Of a DNA stretch of 64,000 nt, positions 29,445 to 40,249 are shown in pieces. Location of the stretch: positions 687,318 through 751,317 of the forward strand of contig CP065011.1 in NCBI GenBank assembly GCA_016699795.1, read 5' to 3'. The notes beneath the pieces were generated by a model. The model saw only the letters and a program-made list of their open reading frames with translations. It was not told the origin of the DNA and searched no databases. Position 1 is the stretch's first letter; every line of letters starts with the position of its first letter. The DNA is from Candidatus Moraniibacteriota bacterium. GTDB lineage: Bacteria > Patescibacteriota > Minisyncoccia > Moranbacterales > GCA-2747515. The position numbers were made by a program, and so were the translations under genes.

Positions 29445-29945
29445 CTAATTTAAACCTTTTATTTTGACGGCTTCTATACCAGTTTCTGTTGCCCAAATGG
29501 ATAGATAAGTTCCTTTTTTTATTTCACTTAAATCTGATTTTAGTAATCCACCAGTACCCGTGCCATCAGCTTTGTAGATAGGGACACCAACAGGAATAGT
29601 TAGGGGGGTATCTTCAGTTTTAACATCTGCTAACTCTGAAGCACGAAGAGCCTGACGTTCTACCTCGGTTAATTTTTGTCTCTCAGCTTTCCTTTGTGCC
29701 ATTTGTTCTTCAGTTAAACTTTCTTTTCCAATTTCTTTTTTTATAATAATTTCATTTCCCTCAATCGAGGAAACAACACCATTTATTTCGGATGCACGAG
29801 TCGGAAGAGTCATTTCATCCTGTGATAAAAGTATATTCTTTTGGGATTCTGATTCAACAGTAATCTGATCTTCATTTGTTCCAATACATCCACTAAGGAA
29901 GAATACTGAAATTAAGAATGATCCAATGAGAGGTAACTTTTTCAT
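29445..29945 (-). CDS. lipoprotein of unknown function within efflux operon
   Basis: Lipobox LSGC after signal peptide MKKLPLIGSFLISVFF. Confidence 0.55.
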   Translation of the reverse strand: MKKLPLIGSFLISVFFLSGCIGTNEDQITVESESQKNILLSQDEMTLPTRASEINGVVSSIEGNEIIIKKEIGKESLTEEQMAQRKAERQKLTEVERQALRASELADVKTEDTPLTIPVGVPIYKADGTGTGGLLKSDLSEIKKGTYLSIWATETGIEAVKIKGLN

Positions 29946-29968
29946 AGCGTTATTTTTTATAATATTAC

Positions 29969-31207
29969 TTATTCGTATCTAATAGTATCTATAGGTTTGA
30001 GTTTAGCTGCTTTTAATGCCGGATAATAGCCAAAGAATATGCCAATGCTAACGGTAAAAATTGCGGAAAGTCCATAACTCCACCATATAAAAATAATATC
30101 TAATCCATATTTTTTCAATGCATAATAAAGAAGAGAGGCAAGGAGAAGGCCAATAAAAGCACTAAAAAAGCTTAAAATAAAAGCTTCTGTTAAAAAGTGA
30201 AAAAGAATATAATTTTTCTTTGCACCGATAGCTTTTCTAATTCCTATTTCTTTGGTTCTTTCTTTAACGACAATACTCATTACATTCATAATTCCAATAC
30301 CTCCAACTAATAAAACTACCAATCCAACACTTCCTAATAATAAGGCCATAGTTTGGGCGCTGTCTTTAGCTGCTTGCACATTAACACCCATATCTCTTAC
30401 GCGAAAATCTTCTGGCATATCCGGACGTAAATTGTGCTCTTCACGTAGGATAGCACTAACGTCCTCAATAGCGCTATTAATGCTTTTAATATCTTTGGCC
30501 TGTAAGTTTAAATTAAATTTACCATTTATACCGAGGACATAACGATAAGAAGAAAAGTAGGGCATAATAATGCTATCATCTAAAGAAATCGGTCCCAATG
30601 AACCACCTTTATATTTGGAAATGCCAATAATTTCAAATTGTTTTTTTCCTATTGTTATTTCTTGCCCGATTACATTAGGATTGGCTGTTCCAAATAATTC
30701 TTCTGCTACCGTTGAGCCAAGCACTGCTACTTTGAGGTGCGTATCCTCTTCTTCCTGAGAGAAAAAACGACCCCTTATTAATTCTATATTAGCTAAATCT
30801 TTAAGTTCAGTGGTGCTACCAAGAATACCAGCTTGATAGATAGTTTCTTTTGACTGAGTTTGAACTTTTCCTGTTAATTGGGGTACAGCAGAAGAAATAA
30901 AAGGACTTTTCATAACAGCTGAAACATCATCAATATTTAAGCGAGAAGCAGCACCTCCTTCAGTTGGAGATGGTGCATTAACGAGGATGGTCGTGACACT
31001 CATATTGGAATATTGTTTTTCGATTTCAGCCTTTGCGCCAGCTCCCATTTCGATCACAAGAACGATAGTGGCTGAACCAATAATTATTCCGAGAGAAGTT
31101 AGAAAAGAGCGAAATTTATTTTTATTTAAGCTTCGCCAAGCTATTTCGAGAGTTTTTAGGTAAACGTAGGCATTTTTTCCTATGTATTTTGAACGAAGTT
31201 TTTTCAT
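29969..31207 (-). CDS. ABC transporter permease (MacB/FtsX-like)
   Basis: N-terminal TM, large periplasmic domain, C-terminal FtsX-type 3-TM bundle; 412 aa. Confidence 0.8.
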   Translation of the reverse strand: MKKLRSKYIGKNAYVYLKTLEIAWRSLNKNKFRSFLTSLGIIIGSATIVLVIEMGAGAKAEIEKQYSNMSVTTILVNAPSPTEGGAASRLNIDDVSAVMKSPFISSAVPQLTGKVQTQSKETIYQAGILGSTTELKDLANIELIRGRFFSQEEEDTHLKVAVLGSTVAEELFGTANPNVIGQEITIGKKQFEIIGISKYKGGSLGPISLDDSIIMPYFSSYRYVLGINGKFNLNLQAKDIKSINSAIEDVSAILREEHNLRPDMPEDFRVRDMGVNVQAAKDSAQTMALLLGSVGLVVLLVGGIGIMNVMSIVVKERTKEIGIRKAIGAKKNYILFHFLTEAFILSFFSAFIGLLLASLLYYALKKYGLDIIFIWWSYGLSAIFTVSIGIFFGYYPALKAAKLKPIDTIRYE

Positions 31208-31387
31208 GAGATTTTCGATAGAATAGATTAGTATTGTAATAGGAAATGAAATCTATTTCAATTTTTGTTCAGTTGCAGAGTTAAAGTTATTTTTTGAAAG
31301 CTTGGTGTATAGCGAAAATCTTTTATAAAAGGTGAAATGCTTAAAAATAGATAAGAATAAAAATGATGAATATTTTTTAGTATTTAA

Positions 31388-32158
31388 TTAATGAGAAATA
31401 GCCTTTCTAGATTTTTTCTGAGCATGTTCTTTTTCAAAAGCTTCAAGAGCTAAATAAAGTGAGACCATAAGGAGCCCAACAATATCCCAGCCGATAAAAA
31501 TATAAGAAGGAACGCCAAAAATAGTATTTTCAACAGAATAAGACCAACGACTAATATTAACAGCAACAAGATCTCCCAATGCTCCGCAACCAAGGGCATT
31601 TATGCCAACAATAGCGAAGGGAGCGCTTCTTATTATAAAAACAAGAAAGATATCAATGAGAATAAATAAAATAAAGACAAGAGATGGCTCGCTCCAAAAA
31701 AAGTAAATACTTAAAATGGAAAAAATAAAAGCAAAAATAAATGCCAAAAAGATAGTGGAGGATTTTGGAGGATTATGGGGTAAAGATTGAAAAATTTTAA
31801 GAGTAAAAATTCCCTTATAAAGACTAATACAGAGAATGCTTATATTTCCCCAAACGAAAGGAAGATAGAGAGGAATTGAAAGAAAAGATGTTTTATCGTA
31901 AGTCCAAACATTCATGGAAATAAAAAACATTTCATGAAGGCTTCCAATAAGAGCAAATGTATAATAAACAATGAGGAGTTTTTTACTTTTGGAAGCATAA
32001 AGCGCAAGAATCCCAGAAAGTAATATGGGGATTGTTGCAAGCCAGGGAGTGTGCCCAAGAAGCCAAACAGAAAGTAAATTTATAAAAAGAAAACAAAGAA
32101 GAATGATAAAATTTTTGAGAGGTGAGTTTTTCTTATGAGAGAAAAGAAAAGAAAACAT
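31388..32158 (-). CDS. polytopic integral membrane protein, unknown function
   Basis: At least 7 hydrophobic segments; no recognisable catalytic motif. Confidence 0.5.
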   Translation of the reverse strand: MFSFLFSHKKNSPLKNFIILLCFLFINLLSVWLLGHTPWLATIPILLSGILALYASKSKKLLIVYYTFALIGSLHEMFFISMNVWTYDKTSFLSIPLYLPFVWGNISILCISLYKGIFTLKIFQSLPHNPPKSSTIFLAFIFAFIFSILSIYFFWSEPSLVFILFILIDIFLVFIIRSAPFAIVGINALGCGALGDLVAVNISRWSYSVENTIFGVPSYIFIGWDIVGLLMVSLYLALEAFEKEHAQKKSRKAISH

Positions 32159-32294
32159 AAAAAATAAATTACTATATTAGCAAAGATAGTATACAAGAGA
32201 GATGTGGAAGAAGAAAGATTTTTTATATACTTAAAATCATAGCATAAAGCTTGAAAATGAATTGTATAGATAGCCTCTTTAAAAAGAAAGTTTT

Positions 32295-32756
32295 TTATTG
32301 GTAGCTGAGGACGTCACGAAGTATCTCACTTGCATGTTCTTCGGGTTTAATTTTTTCGTATATTTTTTGGATTTTTCCTTCCGTATTAATAAGGAAAGAT
32401 ATTCTTTCTGTCCCCATATATTCACGTCCCATAAATTTTTTCTTTCTCCAAGCCCCAAACATTTCTACAAGTTTTCTGTCTTCATCAACAAGAAGGGGAA
32501 AGGGAATTTGATATTTTTCTCTAAATTTTTGATGAGATGTAGCATTTTGGATACTTACACCAAGAACTGAAATATTTGCTTCTTTAAATTCTTTCCAAGA
32601 ATCTCGGATGGCGCAAGCTTCTTTTGTACATCCGGGAGTGTCGTCTTTGGGATAAAAATAAAGAAGGAGCCAACGGCCAAGATATGTTTTTTGTGAGTAT
32701 TCGAAACCCTTTTCATCAAATGCTTGGAACTGTATTTTTTTGCCAATGGAAATCAT
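32295..32756 (-). CDS. bcp: peroxiredoxin Bcp (thiol peroxidase)
   Basis: PKDDTPGCTKEACA peroxidatic/resolving Cys motif. Confidence 0.9.
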   Translation of the reverse strand: MISIGKKIQFQAFDEKGFEYSQKTYLGRWLLLYFYPKDDTPGCTKEACAIRDSWKEFKEANISVLGVSIQNATSHQKFREKYQIPFPLLVDEDRKLVEMFGAWRKKKFMGREYMGTERISFLINTEGKIQKIYEKIKPEEHASEILRDVLSYQ

Positions 32757-33055
32757 ATTATTTTTTTGAATGTATATAGTATCTCGAGTATAGCAAAAAA
32801 AGAATGAAATACATAAAGGAGTTGTTACTAATTTTCATTTTTTACTGAGCATCGTTGAAGATTTCGTAACAGAAGAAAACTAACAATGATCTTATGTAAT
32901 AACTTTTCGCAAATAATAGTGTAACGATGTATACTAAAAAAGAAATTTTAGTAACCAGATTGTGCGGAGATTATGATGGTGTGAGGAACGCTTTTGCTTT
33001 TTTAATAATTTTTAAAAGCAATTTCAAAAAAAAGTAATAAAAACATATAAATACT

Positions 33056-34897
33056 ATGATAGAAAAATTTTTTGGTTCCCCATGGTATGCTGGAGGAAGT
33101 ATTATTATTTCTTCTCTTTTTTTAGGGATTGATATATTTTTTCCTTTCCCAATGAGTTCTTTTTTATTAGGAACAGCTGTTGTGATAGGAGGTGCTCCTG
33201 TTTTTCTTTTAGGAATTCGCTCACTTTTTCAATGGCATCTTTCTATAGAAGTTTTCAATGCATTTGCTATTATTTTTGCCTTTTCTATAGGAGAATTTCG
33301 ATCTGCTTGTTTTATTGTTCTTATGCTTGCATTCGCTTCGATTTTGGAATGGAGAACAGAAAGGCGCTCTTCTCGATCAATAGAAGAACTTTTAGCCCTT
33401 CGACCGCGTATCGCATTTCGTGAAAGGCAGGGAAAAATTCAAGAAATATCTGTAAATGAAGTTCAGAAAGATGATATTCTTCTTGTTCATACGGGTGAAC
33501 GAATTCCAGTAGATGGTGTTGTGATTTTTGGTTTTGGAAGTATAAATGAATCTTCAGTAACAGGTGAATCGAAATTAGTAGAAAAAATAGTTGGCGATTT
33601 CGTTTTGGGATCAACTCTTAATGAAGGAAATCCTTTAAGAATTCGTGCCACGAGAGTGGGAAAGGATTCAACTCTCGAAAGAATGATTGCTTTGGTTTTA
33701 GAAGCTGGTAAAAATAAATCAAAACCAGAGCGTTTGGCTGATCGTTTTGCTGGGATATTTCTTCCTTTCGTTTTACTTTTGGGTGCGATTGCTTTTTGGA
33801 TTACAAAAGACGCATCGGTAACAGCAGCGATTTTTCTTGTAGCATGTGCAGATGATATCGCCGTTGCTATTCCTCTTGCTGTTACAGCGACCATAGGATA
33901 TGTGGCGAAAAATGGCGTGATTGTAAAGGGTGGAGGACGTCTTTCTCTTTTGGCGCAAGTAAAAACTATTGTTTTTGATAAAACAGGAACACTTACATTT
34001 GGATCTTTAGAGCTTCGAGATATTCACATAGAACCATGGATTCCCCAGAAAGAATTTTGGAAATATTTAGCTATTGCTGAGAAATTTTCGGATCACCCTG
34101 TTGGACGCGCAGCATTTCGAAGGGCAAATCGAGAGTATGGAGAAGACGTTCCTGACTCAGATGCTGTGGAAGTTTTAAAAGGAGTGGGAATAACTGTTTC
34201 AGTAGAAGGAAAAAAAATATCAATAGGGAAAAATATTCTTTTTGAACCTTTTCTTTCCAAAGATTTACGAACGGCATTATTGGATACCTATGGACAAGAT
34301 TGGCTTTATTCGGCAGATGCTGTGGTAATAGATGAAAAAATAGCAGGATTTTTCGTTGTAGAAGACATTCCCCGATTAGAGTCAAAAGAAAGTTTAGAAA
34401 GACTTCGATCTTTGGGAATTGAGCATCTTGTGATGCTTACAGGAGATGATGAAAAAACTGCTCGAAAAATAGCTTCGGAATTGGGAATAACTGAAGTTTT
34501 GGCAGATATGACGCCAGAGCTAAAACTTCGTGTTATAGAAAAATTTTCAAAGAATTCTATTACAGCTATGATCGGCGATGGTGTGAATGATGCTCCATCA
34601 CTTGCCCGTGCTGATATTGGCATTGCTATGGGAGGAGGAACGGCATCAGCTATTGAAACGGCTGATATTGTTATTCTTTCTGATAATCTTTCTCATCTCG
34701 GTGATGCTATAGAGGTAGCCCGAAGAATGCGATCAGTCATATTTTTTGATATGGGTATTTGGTTTGTGACGAATATGATTGGAATAATACTTGTTTTTAT
34801 GGGAGTTTTCGGTCCAGCACTTGCAGCTTTCTATAATTTTTTTACGGACTTTTTGCCAGTAATTAATTCTCTCCGATTATTTTGGAAAAAAACATAG
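33056..34897 (+). CDS. P-type ATPase, P1B-like without N-terminal metal-binding domain; TM6 motif CAD instead of CPC
   Basis: DKTGTLT phosphorylation motif, TGES actuator motif, GDGVNDAPSLARADIGIAMG hinge; TM6 reads LVACADDIAVAIP. Confidence 0.75.
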   Translation: MIEKFFGSPWYAGGSIIISSLFLGIDIFFPFPMSSFLLGTAVVIGGAPVFLLGIRSLFQWHLSIEVFNAFAIIFAFSIGEFRSACFIVLMLAFASILEWRTERRSSRSIEELLALRPRIAFRERQGKIQEISVNEVQKDDILLVHTGERIPVDGVVIFGFGSINESSVTGESKLVEKIVGDFVLGSTLNEGNPLRIRATRVGKDSTLERMIALVLEAGKNKSKPERLADRFAGIFLPFVLLLGAIAFWITKDASVTAAIFLVACADDIAVAIPLAVTATIGYVAKNGVIVKGGGRLSLLAQVKTIVFDKTGTLTFGSLELRDIHIEPWIPQKEFWKYLAIAEKFSDHPVGRAAFRRANREYGEDVPDSDAVEVLKGVGITVSVEGKKISIGKNILFEPFLSKDLRTALLDTYGQDWLYSADAVVIDEKIAGFFVVEDIPRLESKESLERLRSLGIEHLVMLTGDDEKTARKIASELGITEVLADMTPELKLRVIEKFSKNSITAMIGDGVNDAPSLARADIGIAMGGGTASAIETADIVILSDNLSHLGDAIEVARRMRSVIFFDMGIWFVTNMIGIILVFMGVFGPALAAFYNFFTDFLPVINSLRLFWKKT

Positions 34898-34969
34898 AAA
34901 ATGAGAAATATATTTTGGAATTTTTCTTTTGTATGGTATTCTTAAAAAAGAAAATGTTCTCATTATTTT

Positions 34970-37900
34970 TTGGGAAATCACAACATGGGTATGGCTATTG
35001 AAAATGAAAATGAAAAGGGTGCGGAACAATTGGAAAAACAACAAAAACAGTTTAATGATAGAATAGTTACAGTAAGAAATTCCATACGAAATAAATTGCA
35101 AGAGACGCGAAAAAAAGAGGGTTTGGAAGAAGGAAATAATTCAGTCGAAAGAGAAAATCCATGGAAGCTTCTTTTTAATGATATAAACTATCATCAAGGA
35201 ATGTCTTCTCTTACAGAAGAACTGGTAATGGATTTTGAAAAAAGATTTCAGGAGCTTTCGGATAATTCTGTTGGAATGAAAAATGAAGCAACTTCGGAAA
35301 ATACAAAAGAAAAAATAGCAAATGATTTTTCTAAAGAGATTCAAGAAATGGAAGTATTGGATGTAAAACTCCAAGAAAAACAACGTAGTTTGGATGATAT
35401 TGATGAACAAATCGAAGAACTTCTTGGTCAGGGTAAAAATATTCAGTTGGATATAGATCAATTGGAAGAAAGAATGGGGACTATTCCGGAAAAAGAATGG
35501 TTTGAGGCTTTAAGAGATGTGGAAAATATAAATCATGATATAAAAACAAAACATAGAAGAAAAAGTGAAATTGAAAAAGAAGTAAATACTTTGCATTCGC
35601 AAGTTTTGGAACGTTTTGAAAAAATTCCCGAAGAAAAAAAACAAGAACTGAAATTGAGAGAAAGTCTTTTTTCTATAAGGATTTTTGGTGAGCATAAAGA
35701 GAAGAAAGTAAATAAAAATGAAGATATGGAGAATTTTTTGAGAGAAAAAGGTGAGCAATTACCCTCCGGGGAGTCTCAAAAAAAACAGGTGAATGAAAAA
35801 AGTAATCCTCAAGAGGAGGAAATAGTTCTTTCTTCTCATGATACGCAAGAAGGAAAGAAACATGAAGAACTTCGAGAAAAGATGAGTGATGCAATGCAGG
35901 AATTGGCGAAGAAAAAAACTGAAAGAGAGAGGTTTGTGGAGGAGAAACGAGAACTTGAAGATAGGAGTAGAAAATATGGCATAGAATTGAATGAAGATTT
36001 TGATAATATTGAAAAACAAATTGAAATAATTGAAAAAGATATACAAAAGCAAGAAGAGTTTGTGCAGGTGATGCAGAAAGAATTTGAAGGGGGTTTTGTG
36101 AATAATTCTGGAGGCACCCCGAATGATTTTGAAAAAGAAACTCTCTCACAGTCTTCAGGTGAAACTGAAAAAACACAAGAGGAAGAAAAAGAAAGTAAAG
36201 AAAGTGAAATTCTTGAGGGAGAGTATATTCCCAAAAACAAAGTTTCAGGGAGTTCGGAAAGAGAAGAGCGGGTTGTTATTAACGGTGAATACTCGAGAGT
36301 GGACGATAAAGAAGAAACAAACTCTTCGCAAAAATCCGAAAAAGGCGAGCAGCGTTTTTCTCCAGAAGAATTTTCAAATCGAAAACAACGTATAGAGGAT
36401 ATTCAAAAGAAAATTGATGGCTATGAGGAAGAGAAGAATAAATTACAAAAAGAATTAAATCTTTTGGGAGGTGAGCAAAAAGAAATCGAAGCAGAATTAA
36501 GTTCCTTGGAAGGGGGGATGAAACAAGAGGAGCGAGGCGGAAAGACTGTCTATAGAGGAACGCTTTCAGTGGGAGAGATTGAAGAATTAAAAAAGAGAAG
36601 AGATGAAAATAATCGAAAAATACAAGAAAAAAAGGCGTCTATAGAGGTAATTCAAATATCCATCCAAAATGCACAAGATGAACAAAAAGCTCTAAAAGAA
36701 AAGTTTATTGCGGATTTTGATATGTACGCGGGTAGAGTTTCTCCGGGGGAAGAAGCTCAGACATTACTTGATTTTTTTGAAGATGCGGAGAGATACCGGA
36801 AAGAACTTGATGGTTCTTTAGATATTTTGCCTAAGAATGTTTCTGAAAATAAGGAGGGACCATCAGAAAAAACAGAAGAAAAACCTCTTTCTGCTACGGA
36901 CGAAAAAAAGAACTCTGAGAAGGGGGATGAAGAAGGTGAATTTTTGCGAAAACTTACGAAGGATTTGGAAGATGCTCGAGAGGCATTTGCTTTGGATATG
37001 AAAAATCCCGAGAAGAAAAAAAAGTATGATGAATATTTGCAAAACTACAATAGCGAAGTGGCGAAAAGATTTTCGGATTATATGGAAGCGAAAGAATTTG
37101 AACAGATGATGCGTGCCAACGAAATAGGTGAACAAATAAAAATAAAAGAAGCGATAGCGGACGATCGATTGAAGGATGTTTCTTTTATGGGCAAGGCAAA
37201 AAATATGTTTATGAGTGGGATAGAGAAGTATCAAAAACTTCCATTCAAACAAAAAATTGCTCTTAGTGTTGGACTTATAGGTGCCGGAGCTTTAGGAGGT
37301 GCTGCTGTGGGTGCGACAGCAATAGGCATGACTGCTGCCGGACTTGGAATGCGAGCCCTTTCTTTTACATCGTCTTCTGTGGGTTTCAATACTTTTTTTA
37401 AGGATATTTCCGAAAAACTTTATAGTGGTGCAGATAGAGAAAGGGTTGATAATGCAAGAGATTCTTTCGGTGAAATTTATGGGAAAAAAAGTGAATTCTA
37501 TAAAGAAAATCCTTTAGAAAAAGCGAAATATATTCAGAATTTGTTGGGACAATCTTCTTCTCAAATTGCGGATCGAATAGAAAAAAGAAATTATCGAGAT
37601 AAATATTTACGATGGACAGGGTCGGTAGGATCCGCTCTTGCTTTAACTATGGCGTCTCGATGTTTGGGAGAAGCTGCTGCAAGTAAAATTGGAGAATGGT
37701 TTTCAGACGCGCCTACTTTAAAAATTTCCCCTGAATATATCCAAACGCCACCATCAGATCCTATTACAGGGGGTGGAATGGCGTTGGATGATGCATCTTG
37801 GAATAATGATTCAGATTTTCCAAATGGGGGTGATGATGGAGGACAAAGCTCGTTTACACCAGAAACTTCGCAGGGAGTTTCTTCGGAAACTATTCCTGGA

Positions 37901-39799
37901 GGGGGAGTTTCTTTAGATGAATCATCATGGGAGCAAAATCTTTCGGACAAGAGTCCTGATATGGAGAAGACATTTGAAACTGTTGAAATGAAAATGTCTC
38001 CTGAAGAATATGCGAAGGCACATCCAGAACTTTTTAAATCTTTGGAAGGACGTGTTTGGATGGATAATGATACTCAATTAAGAGTTGGTACTGATGGTAT
38101 GATAACGGGTGCTGATAGGAATGAATTAAGTCTTCGTTGGGGAGGTGGCGGTGATGGCGTAGACGCTCGAGGCAATTATGTTTTTAGTGTGGCTAAAATG
38201 ACTTCTGATGGTTCTTTTCATAAAGGATTGTCTGAAGATGCAATCAAGGCTATACAAAGTGGAGAATTAAAAATGATTTTTACTTTAAATGAAAACCTTC
38301 AGGGACAATATATAGAAGTTCCTGTAGAATCTAATGGAAACATTATAATTGATCCTCAATCTTCTGCAGGAAAAATATTATTTTCTCAAAATGGAGGAAG
38401 ATCTGTTTTCCTTGGACATACAGCAGAAGTTGGTATTTTTGGAGACGACGGAAAATTCACCGTTCTCGCAACTCATAAAGGAAACGGTTTGGAATCTATT
38501 ATGGAGAGCGTGCAGAATGAAATTCCTGAGGAAGTTACTTCGAATATTACTACAGAAACAGCTCTTCCTGAGGACTTGTCTATAAAACCATCTCCTGAAA
38601 TTCCTGAAAAAATGCATTTTGAGGAGTCAAGATTTTTTGGAGAAGATATGCAACATAGGGTAAAAAGTGGTGATCGAATATGGAATATTTTAGGAGAAAG
38701 GACAGAGAACTTTTTTTCAGATCGTCCAGATATTTCCTCTGAACAAAGGAAAATATTCATAGATTCTTTGAAAGATTCCTTAGAAAATATGAAGCCTGAG
38801 GAATTAAAAGCAGGAGGAATATCGAGTGGAAATATTGATAGAATTTTTGCAGGTCGCGATACTATTGATTTTTCAAAACTTCTCGATGATGAGGATTATC
38901 TTCGCGCCATAAAACAATCAGGTATTACTTTGGAGGCGCAAGAAACTATGGCAAGTGAAATACCTTCCCAAATAGAAGTAACTCCTGAGATAACGGAAGC
39001 ACCTGCCACGTCGTCAGAAGAAGTTTTACAAGCGCAACCAGAAATGGTTACAGAAGAATTTCCTTCAGAAACAGCCACAGAGGAAGTTCTTGAAACAGCG
39101 GAAGAAACAATCCCACAAGACGTAGAAACTTCTCCAATTCCAGAAACTTTACCAAAAGAAGAAATTCCTTCAGAAACAGATATAGAGGAAATTCTTGAGA
39201 CAGTGGAAGAAACAACTCCACAAGACGTAGAAACTTCTCCAATTCCAGAAACCTTACCAACACCAGAAATTCTTTCAATTGGAGAAAGTCGTCCTTTTGG
39301 AGAGTTAATCGGGGAGGGTCCTATTACGGAGCAAGGACTTAAGTCTTTGGGTTCTGTGGGAGAGGATATTTGGAAATATGTGAGCACTTCTTTGGAAAGA
39401 AATTATCTAGATGTACAAAACTCTACAATACAAGACACATTAAAGGCATTAGAAGTACAGAGACTTTCTGATGGTAGTATCTCTCTTGTTTCAGAAGGAG
39501 AGACGTCTTTTCTGGAAGTTATGAGAGAATTTCCCAAAGATGCTCTTGCTTTTGATAGATATGAAGAATTTTTTGATTCTATTTCAGATAAGGATAGAAA
39601 TGATATTTCCCTTATAGTGGAACAGAATATAAATGATCCTTCAAAATTTGAAAAAAATCTAAGAAGCATATTCTCTTTTAATGGAGTTTCAGAGAATAAA
39701 ATTGAAGAATTATTAAGATCAAGAATTGGTGAAAGTAGAGAACAATTTTTCCAAAGAACAGTAACTCAAATAGCTATGCTTAAAAATATTAGTAAATAA
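34970..39799 (+). CDS. giant (1609 aa) hypothetical protein: N-terminal acidic coiled-coil (~750 aa), Gly/Ala-rich TM segment, Gly/Asp-rich middle, C-terminal tandem PETLP repeats
   Basis: Continuous ORF; KIALSVGLIGAGALGGAAVGATAIGMTAAGLGMRALSF hydrophobic segment; EEVLETAEETIPQDVETSPIPETLP repeated twice near C-terminus. Confidence 0.6.
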   Translation: MGNHNMGMAIENENEKGAEQLEKQQKQFNDRIVTVRNSIRNKLQETRKKEGLEEGNNSVERENPWKLLFNDINYHQGMSSLTEELVMDFEKRFQELSDNSVGMKNEATSENTKEKIANDFSKEIQEMEVLDVKLQEKQRSLDDIDEQIEELLGQGKNIQLDIDQLEERMGTIPEKEWFEALRDVENINHDIKTKHRRKSEIEKEVNTLHSQVLERFEKIPEEKKQELKLRESLFSIRIFGEHKEKKVNKNEDMENFLREKGEQLPSGESQKKQVNEKSNPQEEEIVLSSHDTQEGKKHEELREKMSDAMQELAKKKTERERFVEEKRELEDRSRKYGIELNEDFDNIEKQIEIIEKDIQKQEEFVQVMQKEFEGGFVNNSGGTPNDFEKETLSQSSGETEKTQEEEKESKESEILEGEYIPKNKVSGSSEREERVVINGEYSRVDDKEETNSSQKSEKGEQRFSPEEFSNRKQRIEDIQKKIDGYEEEKNKLQKELNLLGGEQKEIEAELSSLEGGMKQEERGGKTVYRGTLSVGEIEELKKRRDENNRKIQEKKASIEVIQISIQNAQDEQKALKEKFIADFDMYAGRVSPGEEAQTLLDFFEDAERYRKELDGSLDILPKNVSENKEGPSEKTEEKPLSATDEKKNSEKGDEEGEFLRKLTKDLEDAREAFALDMKNPEKKKKYDEYLQNYNSEVAKRFSDYMEAKEFEQMMRANEIGEQIKIKEAIADDRLKDVSFMGKAKNMFMSGIEKYQKLPFKQKIALSVGLIGAGALGGAAVGATAIGMTAAGLGMRALSFTSSSVGFNTFFKDISEKLYSGADRERVDNARDSFGEIYGKKSEFYKENPLEKAKYIQNLLGQSSSQIADRIEKRNYRDKYLRWTGSVGSALALTMASRCLGEAAASKIGEWFSDAPTLKISPEYIQTPPSDPITGGGMALDDASWNNDSDFPNGGDDGGQSSFTPETSQGVSSETIPGGGVSLDESSWEQNLSDKSPDMEKTFETVEMKMSPEEYAKAHPELFKSLEGRVWMDNDTQLRVGTDGMITGADRNELSLRWGGGGDGVDARGNYVFSVAKMTSDGSFHKGLSEDAIKAIQSGELKMIFTLNENLQGQYIEVPVESNGNIIIDPQSSAGKILFSQNGGRSVFLGHTAEVGIFGDDGKFTVLATHKGNGLESIMESVQNEIPEEVTSNITTETALPEDLSIKPSPEIPEKMHFEESRFFGEDMQHRVKSGDRIWNILGERTENFFSDRPDISSEQRKIFIDSLKDSLENMKPEELKAGGISSGNIDRIFAGRDTIDFSKLLDDEDYLRAIKQSGITLEAQETMASEIPSQIEVTPEITEAPATSSEEVLQAQPEMVTEEFPSETATEEVLETAEETIPQDVETSPIPETLPKEEIPSETDIEEILETVEETTPQDVETSPIPETLPTPEILSIGESRPFGELIGEGPITEQGLKSLGSVGEDIWKYVSTSLERNYLDVQNSTIQDTLKALEVQRLSDGSISLVSEGETSFLEVMREFPKDALAFDRYEEFFDSISDKDRNDISLIVEQNINDPSKFEKNLRSIFSFNGVSENKIEELLRSRIGESREQFFQRTVTQIAMLKNISK

Positions 39800-39811
39800 A
39801 AACAATTTTTT

Positions 39812-40168
39812 ATGAATGAAATCATGACTTTTCCTTTGGAGGAAGAAACAAAAAAAGATATTCTTCGAGATCTCGGTGTAGAAAATATACCTCAAGAAAA
39901 ACAAGAAGAAATACTCTCAGGGATCGGAGAACTTCTTTTAAAAGAGATTTTCTTGGCGACGATAGATCGTCTGTCAAAGGAGCAGCAAGATGAATACGAA
40001 GAATTACTTTCCAAAGAAGTCTCTCCTGAAGAGGTTGAAAATTTTTTGAAAAATGCTATTCCTGATTATGAAATGGTTGTAGCTACTGTAACAAAAGATC
40101 TCATGGAAGATCTAAAGAAAGATGCGGGTGAAAATATTTCAGAGGAAATGAAAAACCTTGAAGAATAA
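39812..40168 (+). CDS. small acidic hypothetical protein (118 aa)
   Basis: Tightly spaced after giant ORF (12-nt gap), same strand; highly acidic, helical. Confidence 0.45.
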   Translation: MNEIMTFPLEEETKKDILRDLGVENIPQEKQEEILSGIGELLLKEIFLATIDRLSKEQQDEYEELLSKEVSPEEVENFLKNAIPDYEMVVATVTKDLMEDLKKDAGENISEEMKNLEE

Positions 40169-40249
40169 TTTTTCTAGAAATATTACTTATTTTGGTGTAT
40201 AGTGAAAAATAGATGAGAGTTGTTTTTTAATGAGAAATAGAATAATCAT

